Source of the DNA: the human T2T-CHM13v2.0 reference genome, Homo sapiens
Assembly (NCBI RefSeq): GCF_009914755.1
Contig: NC_060937.1
Strand: one strand, 5' to 3'
Length of the DNA: 64,000 bases
Each line of letters begins with the position of its first letter. The stretch's first letter is position 1. A program made the position numbers and the translations under genes. The notes beneath the pieces were generated by a model that saw only the letters and a program-made list of their open reading frames with translations, ran no database searches and had not been told where the DNA came from. Below are positions 43,051 through 56,800 of the stretch, one piece after another.

Positions 43051-46000
43051 ATATACTGTACATAAAACATCAAAGTACCCCAAATATATATTATATACTC
43101 TACATGAAATATCAAAGTTCACAAACTATATATTATATACTGTACATAAAATATCAAAGTACCCAAGGTATATATTCTATACTGTACAAAAAATATCAAA
43201 GTACCCAAAGCATGTATTATATACTGTACATAAAATATCAAAGTACATCAAATATATATTTTATTCTGTACATAAAATATCAAAGTACACCAGATATATA
43301 TTCTATAGTGTACATAAAATATCAAAGTACCCAAACTATACATTATATACTGTACATAAAATATGAAATTACATCAAATATATATTATATTAGGTACATA
43401 AAATATGAAAGTACATCAAATATAGATTATATACTGTTCATAAAATATCAAAGTACCCCAAATATATATTATATACTCTACATGAAATATCAAAGTTCAC
43501 AAACTATATATTATATACTGTACATAAAATATCAAAGTACCCAAGGTATATATTCTATACTGTACAAAAAATATCAAAGTACCCAAAGCACGTATTATAT
43601 ACTGTACATAAAATATGAAAGTACATCATATATATATTTTATTCTGTACATATAATATCAAAGTACACCAGATATATATTCTATAGTGTACATAAAATAT
43701 CAAAGTACCCAATCTATACATTATATACTGTACATAAAATATGAAATTACATCAAATATATATTAAGTACATAAAATATGAAAGTACATCAAATATAGAT
43801 TATATACTGTACATAAAATATCAATGTACCCCAAATATATATTTTATACTCTACATGAAATATCAAATTTCACAAACCATATATTACATACTGTACCTAA
43901 AATATCAAAGTACCCAAGGAATATATTCTATACTGTACAAAAAATATCAAAGTACCCAAAGCATGTATTATATACTGTACATAAAATATGAAAGTACATC
44001 AAATATATATTTTATTCTGTACATAAAATAATAAAGTACACCAGATATATATTCTATAGTGTACATAAAATATCAAAATACCCAAACTATACATTATATA
44101 CTGTACATAAAATATGAGATTACATCAAATATATATTATATTAGGTACTTAAAATATGAAAGTACATCAAATATAGATTATATACTGTACATAAAATATC
44201 AAAGTACCCCAAATATATATTATATATTCTACATGAAATATCAAAGTTCACAAACTATATATTATATACTGTACATAAAATATCAAAGTACCCAAGGTAT
44301 ATATTCTATACTGTACAAAAAATATCAAAGTACCCAAAGCATGTATTATATACTGTATATAAAATATGAAAGTACATTAAATATATATTTTATTCTGTAC
44401 ATAAAATATCAAAGTACACCAGATATATATTCTATAGTGTACATAAAATAACAAAGTACACAAACTATAAATTATATACTGTACATAAAATATGAAATTA
44501 CATCAAATATATATTAGGTACATAAAATATGAAAGCACATCAAATATAGTTTATATACTGTACATATATCAATGTACCCGAAATATATATTTTATACTGT
44601 ACATGAAAAATCAAAGTTCACAAACCATACATTATATACTGTACATAAAATATCAAAGTACCCAAGGTATACATTCTATACTGTACGAAAAATATCAAAG
44701 TACCCAAAGCATGTATTATATACTGTACATAAAATATGAAAGTACATCAAATATATATTTTATTCTGTACATAAAATATCAAAGTACACCAGATATATAT
44801 TCTATAGTGTACATAAAATATCAAAGTACCCAAACTATACATTATATACTGTACATAAAATATGAAATTACATCAAATATATATTAGGTACATAAAATAT
44901 GAAAGTACATCAAATATAGGTTATATACTGTACATAAAATATCAAAGTACACCAAATATATATTATATACTCTACATGAAATATCAAAGTTCACAAACTA
45001 TATATTATATACTGTACATAAAATATCAAAGTACCCAAGGTATATATTCTATACTGTACAAAAGATATCAAAGTACCCAAAGCATGTATTATATACTGTA
45101 CATAAAATATGAAAGTACATCAAATATATATTTTATTCTGTACATAAAATATCAAAGTACACCAGATATATATTCTATAGTGTACATAAGATATCAAAGT
45201 ACCCAAACTATTTATTATATACTGTACATAAAATATGAAATTACATCAAATATATATTATATTAGGTACATAAAATATGAACGTACATCAAATATAGATT
45301 ATATGCTGTACATTAAATACCAAAGTACCCCAAATATATATTTTATACTGTACATGAAATATCAAAGTTCACAAACTATATATTATATACTGTACATAAA
45401 ATATCAAAGTACCCAAGGTATATATTCTATACTGTACAAAAAATATCAAAGAACCCAAAGCACGTATTATATACTGTACATAAAATATGAAAGTACATCA
45501 TATATATATTTTATTCTGTACATAAAATATCAAAGTACACCAGATATATATTCTATAGTGTACATAAAATATCAAAGTACCCAAACTATACATTATATAC
45601 TGTACATAAAATATGAGATTACATCAAATATATATTATATTAGGTACAAAAAATATGAAAGTACATCAAATATAGATTATATACTGTACATAAAATATCA
45701 AAGTACCCCAAATATATATTATATACTCTACATGAAATATCAAAGTTCACAAACTATATATTATATACTGTACATAAAATATCAAAGTACCCAAGGTATA
45801 TATTCTATACTGTACAAAAAATATCAAAGTACGCAAAGCATGTATTATATACTGTACATAAAATATGAAAGTACATTAAATATATATTTTATTCTGTACA
45901 TAAAATATCAAAGTACACCAGATATATATTCTATAGTGTACATAAAATAACAAAGTACACAAACTATAAATTATATACTGTACATAAAATATGAAATTAC

Positions 46001-49000
46001 ATCAAATATATATTAGGTAAATAAAATATGAAAGTACATCAAATATATATTTTATTCTGTACATAAAATATCAAAGTACACCAGATATATATTCTATAGT
46101 GTACATAAAATATCAAAGTACCCAAACTATACATTATATACTGTACATAAAATATGAAAATACATCAAATATATTTTATATTAGGTACATAAAACATGAA
46201 AGTACATCAAATATAGATTATATACTGTACATAAAATATCAAAGTACCCCAAATATATATTATATACTCTACATGAAATATCAAAGTTCACAAACTATAT
46301 ATTATATACTGTACATAAAATATCAAAGTCCCCAAGGTATATATTCTATACTGCACAAAAAATATCAAAGTACCCAAAGCATGTATTATAAACTGTACAT
46401 AAAATATGAAAGTACATCAAATATATATTTTATTCTGTACATAAAATATCAAAGTACACCAGATATATATTCTATAGTGTACATAAAATATCAAAGTACC
46501 CAAACTATACATTATATACTGTACATAAAATATGAAATTACATCAAATATATATTAGGTCCATAAAATATGAAAGTACATCTAATATAGATTATATACTG
46601 TACATAAAATATCAATGTATCCCAAATATATATTTTATACTCTACATGAAATATCAAAGTTCAGAAACCATATATGGTATACTGTACATAAAATATCAAA
46701 ATACCCAAGGTATATATTCTATACTGTACAAAAAATATCAAAGTACCCAAAGCATGTATTATATACTGTACATAAAATATGAAAGTACATCAAATATATA
46801 TTTTATTCTGTACATAAAATATCAAAGAACACCAGTTATATATTCTATAGTGTACATAAAATATCAAAGTACCCAAACTATACATTATATACTGTACATA
46901 AAATATGAAATTACATCAAATATATATTAGGTACATAAAATATGAAAGTACATCTAATATAGATTATATACTGTACATAAAATATCAATGTACCCCAAAT
47001 ATATATTTTATACTCTACATGAAATATCAAAGTTCAGAAACCATATATTGTATACTGTACATAAAATATCAAAATACCCAAGATATATATTCTATACTGT
47101 ACAAAAAATATCAAAGTACCCAAAGAATGTATTATATACTGTACATAAAATATGAAAGTACATCAAATATATATTTTATTCTGTACATAAAATATCATAG
47201 TACACCAGATATATATTCTATAGTGTACATAAAATATCAAAGTACCCAAACTATACATTATATACTGTACATTAAACATGAAATTACATCAAATATATAT
47301 TAGGTACATAAAATATGAAAGTACATCAAATATAGATTATATACTGTACATAAAATATCAAAGTTCCCCAAATATATATTATATGCTCTACATGAAATAT
47401 CAAAGTTCACAAACCATATATTGTATACTGTACATAAAATATCAAATTACCCAAGGTATATATTCTATACTGCACAAAAAATATCAAAGTACCCAAAGCA
47501 TGTATTATAAACTGTACATAAAATATGAAAGTACATCAAATATATATTTTATTCTGTACATAAAATATCAAAGTACACCAGATATATATTCTATAGTGTA
47601 CATAAAATATCAAAGTACCCAAACAATACATTATATACTGTACATAAAATATGAAATTACATCAAATATATATTATATTAGGTACATAAAATATGAAAGT
47701 ACATCAAATATAGATTATATACTGTACATTAAATACCAAAGTACCCCAAATATATATTTTATACTGTACATGAAATATCAAAGTTCACAAACTATATATT
47801 ATATACTGTACATAAAATATCAAAGTACCCAAGGTATATATTCTATACTGTACAAAAAATATCAAAGTACCCAAAGCATGTATTATATACTGTACATAAA
47901 ATATGAAAGTACATCAAATATATATTTTATTCTCTACATAAAATATCAAAGTACACCAGATATATATTCTATAGTGTACATAAAATAACAAAGTACACAA
48001 ACTATAAATTATATACTGTACATAAAATATGAAATTACATCAAATATATATTAGGTACATAAAATATGAAAGTTCATCAAATATAGATTATATACTGTAC
48101 ATATAATATCAATGTACCCCAAATATATATTTTCTACTCTACATGAAATATCAAAGTTCACAAACCATATATTATATACTGTACATAAAATATCAAAGTA
48201 CCCAAGGTATATATTCTATACTGTACAAAAAATATCAAAGTACCCAAAGCATGTATTATATACTGTACATAAAATATGAAAGTACATCAAATATATATTT
48301 TATTCTGTACATAAAATATCAATGTACACCAGATATATATTCTATTGTGTACATAAAATATCAAAGTACCCAAACTATACATTATATACTGTACATAAAA
48401 TATGAAATTACATCAAATATATATTATATTAGGTACATAAAATATGAAAGTACATCAAATATAGATTATATACAGTTCATTAAATACCAAAGTACCCCAA
48501 ATATATATTTTATACTGTACATGAAATATCGAAGTTCACAAACTATATATTATATACTGTACATAAAATATCAAAGTTCCCAAGGTATATATTCTATACT
48601 GTACAAAAAATATCAAAGTACCCAAAGCATGTATTATATACTGTATATAAAATATGAAATTACATCAAATATATATTTTATTCTGTACATAAAATATCAA
48701 AGTATACCAGATATATATTATATAGTGTACATAAAATATCAAAGTACCCAAACTATACATTATATACTGTACATAAAATATGAAATTACATCAAATATAT
48801 ATTAGGTACATAAAATATGAAAGTACATCAAATATAGATTATATACTGTACATGAAATACCAAAGTAACCCAAATTTATATTATATACTGTACATGAAAT
48901 ATCAAAGTTCACAAACTATATATTATATACTGTACATAAAATATCAAAGTACCCAAGGTATATATTCTATACTATACAAAAAATATCAAAGTACCCAAAG

Positions 49001-52000
49001 CATGTATTATATACGGTACATAAAATACGAAAGTACATCAAATATATATTTTATTCTGTACATAAAATATCAAAGTACACCAGATATATATTCTATAGTG
49101 TACATAAAATAACAAAGTACACAAACTATAAATTATATACTGTACATAAAATATGAAATTGCAACAAATATATATTAGGTACATAAAATATGAAAGTACA
49201 TCAAATATAGATTATATACTGTATATAAAATATCAATGTACCCCAATTATATATTTTATACTCCACATGAAATATCAAAGTTCACAAACCATATATTATA
49301 TACTGTACATAAAATATCAAAGTACCCAAGGTATACATTCTATACTGCACAAAAAATATCAAAGTACCCAAAACATGTATTATATACTGTATATAAAATA
49401 TGAAAGTACATCAAATATATATTTTATTCTGTACATAAAATATCAAAGTACACCAGATATATATTCTATAGTGTACATAAAATATCAAAGTACCCAAACT
49501 ATACATTATATACTGTACATAAAATATGAAACAACATCAAATATATATTAGGTACATAAAATATGAAAGTACATCAAATATAGATTATATTGTACATATA
49601 ATATCAATGTTCCGCAAATATATATTTTGTACTCTACATGAAATATCAAAGTTCACAAACCATATATTATATACTGTACATAAAATATCAAAGTACCCAA
49701 GGTATATATTCTATACTGTACAAAAAATATCAAAGTACCCAAAGCATGTATTATATACTGTACATAAAATATGAAAGTACATCAAATATATATTTTATTC
49801 CGTACATAAAATATCAAAGTACACCAGATATATATTCTATAGTGTACATAAAATATAAAAGTACACAAACTATACATTATATACTGTACATAAAATATGA
49901 AATTACATCAAATATATATTATATAAGGTACATAAAATATGAAAGTACATCAAATATAGATTATATACTGTACATTAAATACCAAAGAACCCCAAATATA
50001 TATTATATACTCTACATGAAATATCAAAGTTCACAAACTATATATTATATACTGTACATAAAATATCAAAGTACCCAAGGTATATATTCTATACTGTACA
50101 AAAAATATCAAAGTACCCAAAGCATGTATTATATACTGTACATAAAATATGAAAGTACATCAAATATATATTTTATTCTGTACATAATATATCAAAGTAC
50201 ACCAGATATATATTCTATAGTGTACATAAAATAAGAAAGTACACAAACTATAAATTATATACTGTACATAAAATATGAAATTACATCAAATATATATTAG
50301 GTACATAAAATATGAAAGTACATCAAATATAGATTATATACTGTACATAAAATATCAATGTACCCCAAATATATATTTTATACTCTACATGAAATACCAA
50401 AGTTCACAAACCATATATTATATACTGTACATAAAATATCAAAGTACCCAAGGTATATATTCTATACTGTACAAAAAATATCAAAGTACCCAAAGCATGT
50501 TTTATATACTGTACGTAAAATATGAAAGTACATCAAATATATATTTTATTCTGTACATAAAATATCAAAGTACACCAGATATATATTCTATAGTGTACAT
50601 AAAATATCAAATTACCCAAACTATACATTATATACTGTACATAAAATATGAAATTACATCAAATATATATTATATTAGGTACATAAAATATGAAAGTACA
50701 TCAAATATAGATTATATACTGTACATAAAATATCAAAGAACCCCAAATATATATTATATACTCTACATGAAATATCAAAGTTCAAAAACTATATATTATA
50801 TACTGTACATAAAATATCAAAGTACCCAAGGTATATATTCTATAATGTACAAAAAATATCAAAGTACCCAAAGCGTGTATTATATACTGTATATAAAATA
50901 TGAAATTACATCAAATATATATTTTATTCTGTACATAAAATATCAAAGTACACCAGATATATATTCTATAGTGTACATAAAATATTAAAGTACCCAAACT
51001 ATACATTATACACTGTACATAAAATATGAAATTACATCAAATATATATTATATTAGGGTCATAAAATATGAAAGTACATCAAATATAGATTATATACTGT
51101 ACATTAAATACCAAAGTACCCCAAATATATATTTTATACTGTACATGAAATATCAAAGTTCACAAACTACATATTACATACTGTACATAAAATATCAAAG
51201 TACCCAAGGTATATATTCTATACTGTACAAAAAATATCAAAGTACCCAAAGCATGTATTATATACTGTACCTAAAATATGAAAGTACATCAAATATATAT
51301 TTTATTCTGTACATAAAATATCAAATTACACCAGATATATATTCTATAGTGTACATAAAATATCAAAGTACCCAAACTATACATTATATACTGTATATAA
51401 AATATGAAATTACATCAAATATATATTATATTAGGTACATAAAATATGAAAGTACATCAAATATAGATTATACACTGTACATAAAATATCAAAGTACCCC
51501 AAATATATATTATATACTCTACATGAAATATCAAAGTTCACAAACTATATATTATATACTGTACATAAAATAAAGTCCCCAAGGTTTATATTCTATACTG
51601 TAGAAAAAATATCAAAGTACCCAAAGCAAGTATTATATACTGTATATAAAATATGAAAGTACATCAAATATATATTTTATTCTGTACATAATATATCAAA
51701 GTACACCAGATATATATTCTATAGTGTACATAAAATAACAAAGTACAAAAACTATAAATTATATACTGTACATAAAATATGAAATTACATCAAATATATA
51801 TTAGGTACATAAAATATGAAAGTACATCAAATATAGATTATATACTGTACATAAAATTTCAATGTACCCCAAATATATATTTTATACTCTACATGAAATA
51901 TCAAAGTTCACAAACCATATATTATATACTGTACATAAAATATCAAAGTACCCAAGGTATATATTCTATACTATACAAAAAATTTCAAAGTACCCAAAGC

Positions 52001-53879
52001 ATGTATTATATACTGTACCTAAAATATGAAAGTACATCAAATATATATTTTATTCTGTACATAAAATATCAAAGTACTCCAGATATATATCCTATAGTGT
52101 ACATAAAATATCAAAGTACCCAAACTATACATTATATACTGTACATAAAATATGAAATTACATCAAATATATTTTATATTAGGTACATAAAATATGAAAG
52201 TACATCAAATATAGATTATATACTGTACATTAAATACCAAAGTACCCCAAATATATATTTTATACTATACATGAAATATCAAAGTTCACAAACTATATAT
52301 TATATACTGTACATATAATATCAAAGTACCCAAGGTATATATTCTATACTGTACAAAAAATAACAAAGTACCAAAATCATGTATAATATACTGTACATAA
52401 AATATGAAAGTACATCAAATATATATTTTATTCTGTACATAAAATATCAAAGTACACCAGATATATATTCTATAGTGTACATAAAATATCAAAGTACCCA
52501 AACTATACATTATATACTGTACATAAAATATGAAATTACATCAAATATATATTATATTAGGTACATAAAATATGAAAGTACATCAAATATAGATTATACA
52601 CTGTACATAAAATATCAAAGTACCCCAAATATATATTATATACTCTACATGAAATATCAAAGTTCACAAACTATATATTATATACTGTACATAAAATAAA
52701 GTCCCCAAGGTATATATTCTATACTGTAGAAAAAATATCAAAGTACCCAAATCATGTATTATATACTGTATATAAAATATGAAAGTACATCAAATATATA
52801 TTTTATTCTGTACATAAAATATCAAAGTACACCAGATATATATTCTATAGTGTACATAAAATAACAAAGTACACAAACTATAAATTATATACTGTACATA
52901 AAATATGAAATTACATCAAATATATATTAGGTACATAAAATATGAAAGTACATCAAATATAGATTATATACTGTACATAAAATATCAATGTACCCCAAAT
53001 ATATATTTTATACTCTACATGAAATATCAAAGTTCACAAACCATATATTATATACTGTACATAAAATATCAAAGTACCCAAGGTATATATTCTATACTGT
53101 ACAAAAAATATCAAAGTACCCAAAGCATGTATTATATACTGTACATAAAATATGAAATTACATCAAATATATATTTTATTCTGTACATAAAATATCAAAG
53201 TACACCAGATATATATTCTATAGTGTACATAAAATATCAAAGTACCCAAACTACAAATTTTATACTTTACATAAAATATGAAATTACATCAAATATATAT
53301 TAGGTACATAAAATATGAAAGTATATCAAATATAGATTATATACTGTACATAAAATATCAAAGTACCCCAAATATATATTATATACTCTACATGAAATAT
53401 CAAAGTTCACAAACTATATATTATATACTGTACATAAAATATCAAAGTACCCAAGGTATATATTCTATATTGTACAAAAAATATCAAAGTACCCAAAGCA
53501 TCTGTTATATACTGTATATAAAATATGAAAGTACATCAAATATATATTTTATTCTGTACATAAAATATCAAAGTACACCAGATATATATTCTATAGTGTA
53601 CATAAAATATCAAAGTACACAAACTATACATTATATACTGTACATAAAATATGAAATTACATCAAATATATATTAGGTACATAAAATATGAAAGTACATC
53701 AAACATAGATTATATACTGTACATAAAATATCAAAGTACCCGAAATATATATTATATACTGTACATGAAATATCAAAGTTCACAAACTATATATTATATA
53801 CTGTAAATAAAATATCAAAGTACCCAAGGTATATGTTCTATACTGTACAAAAAATATCAAAGTACCCAAAGCATGTATT

Positions 53880-56800
53880 ATATACTGTACATAAAATATG
53901 AAAGTACATCAAATATATATTTTATTCCGTACATAAAATATCAAAGTACACCAGATATATATTCTATAGTGTACATAAAATATCAAAGTTCCCAAACTAT
54001 ACATTATATAATGTACATAAAATATGAAATTACATCAAATATATATTAGGTACATAAAATATGAAAGTACATCAAATATAGATTATATACTGTACATAAA
54101 ATATCAAAGTACCCCAAATATATTTTATATACTGTACATGAAATATCAAATTTCACAAACTATATATTATATACTGTACATAAAATATCAAAGTACCCAA
54201 GGTATATATTCTATACTGTACAAAAAATATCAAAGTACCCAAAGCATGTATTATATACTGTACATAAAATATGAAAGTACATCAAATATGTATTTTATTC
54301 TGTACATAGAATATGAAAGTACACCAGATATATATTCTATAGTGTACATAATATAACAAAGTACACAAACTATACATTATATACTGTACATAAAATATGA
54401 AATTACATCAAATATATATTAGGTACATAAAATATGAAAGTACATCAAATATAGATTATATACTGTACATAAAATATCAAAGTACCCCAAATATATATTA
54501 TATAATGTACATGAAATATCAAAGTTCACAAACCATATATTATATACTGTACATAAAATATCAAAGTACCCAAGGTATATATTCTATACTGTACAAAAAA
54601 TATCAAAGTACCCAAAGCATGTATTATATACTGTACATAAAATATGAAATTACGTCATATATATATTTTATTCTGTACATAAAATATCAAAGTACACCAG
54701 ATATATATTCTATAGTGTACATAAAATATCAAAGTACCCAATCTATACATTATATACTGTACATAAAATATGAAATTACATCAAATATATATTAGGTACA
54801 TAAAATATGAATGTACATCAAATATAGATTATATACTGTACATAAAATATCAAAGTACCCTAAATATATATTATATACTCTACAAGAAATATCAAAGTTC
54901 ACACACTATATATTATATACTGTACATAAAATATCAAAGTACCCAAGGTATATATTGTATACTGTACAAAAAATATCAAAGAACCCAAACCATGTATTAT
55001 ATACTGTACATAAAATATGAAAGTACATCAAATATATATTTTATTCTGTATATAAAATATCAAAGTACACCAGATATATATTCTATAGTGTACATAAAAT
55101 AACAAAGTACGCAAACTATACATTATATACTGTACATAAAATATGAAATTACATCAAATATATATTAGGTACATAAAATATGAAAGTACATCAAATATAG
55201 ATTATATACTGTACATAAAATATCAATGTACCCCAAATATATATTTTGTACTCTACATGGAATATCAAAGTTCACAAACCATATATTATATACTGTACAT
55301 AAAATATCAAGGTACCCAAGGTATATATTCTATACTGTACAAAAAATATCAAAGTACACAAAGCATGTATTATATACTGTACATAAAATATGAAAGTACA
55401 TCAAATATATATTTTATTCTGTTCGTAAAATATCAAAGTACACCAGATATATATTCTATAGTGTACATAAAATATCAAAGTACCCAAACTATACATTATA
55501 TACTGTACATAAAATATGAAATTACATCAAATATATATTATATTAGGTACATAAAATATGAAAGTACATCAAATATAGATTATATACTATATAATAAAAA
55601 TACCAATGTACCCAAATATATATTTTATACTGTACATGAAATATCAAAGTTCACAAACTATATATTATATACTGTACATAAAATATCAAAGTACCCAACG
55701 TATATATTCTATACTGTACAAAAAATATCAAAGTACCCAAAACATGTATTATATACTGTACATAAAATATGAAAGTACAACAAATATATATTTTATTCCG
55801 TACATAAAATATCAAAGTACACCAGATATATATTCTATAGCGTACATAAAATATCAAAGTACACAAACTATACATTATATAGTGTACATAAAATATGAAA
55901 TTACATCAAATATATATTATATTAGGTACATAAAATATGAAAGTACATCAAATATAGATTATATACTCTACATTAAATACGAAAGTACCCCAAATATATA
56001 TTATATACTCTAAATGAAATATCAAAGTTCACAAACTATATATTATATACTGTACATAAAATATCAAAGTACCCAAGGTATATATTCTATACTGTACAAA
56101 AATATCAATGTACCCAAAGCGTGTATTATGTACTGTATATAAAATATGAAAGTACATCAAATATATATTTTATTCTGTACATAAAATATCAAAGTACACT
56201 AGATATATATTTTATAGTGTACATAAAATATCAAATTACCGAAACTATACATTATATTGTGTACATAAAAAATGAAATTACATCAAATATATATTATATT
56301 AGGTACGTAAAATATGAAAGTACATCAAATATAGATTATATACTGTATATAAAATATAAAAGAACCCCAAATATATATTATATACTGTACATGAAATATC
56401 AAAGATCACAAACTATATATTATATACTGTACATAAAATATGAATATACCCAAGGTATATATTCTATACTGTACAAAAAATATCAAAGTACCCAAAGCAT
56501 GTATTATATACTGTACATAAAATATGTCACTACATCAAATATATATTTAATTCTGTACATAAAATAACAAAGTACACCAGATATATATTTTATAGTGTAT
56601 ATAAAATATCAAAATAGCCAAAGTATACATTATAAACTGTACATAAAATCTGAAAGTACATCAAATATAGATAATTAACTGTACATAAAATATCAAAGTA
56701 CCCCAAATATATATTATATACTGTACATGAGATATCAAACTTCACAAACTATATATTATATACTGTAGATAAAATATCAAAGTACCCAAGGTATATATTC

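Larger units (their letters stand above)
33000..46940 (+). repeat. Dispersed duplication of about 2.1 kb: ~33,000-35,100 and ~44,840-46,940 (offset 11,836)
   Basis: ORF offsets are 33026/44862 and 34696/46532. Shared variants include ATAGGTTAT, TACAAAAGAT, ATGAACGTAC, GATTATATGC, AGGTCCAT and CCATATATGG, plus the same B->H monomer skip at about 34190 and 46025. Confidence 0.85.
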
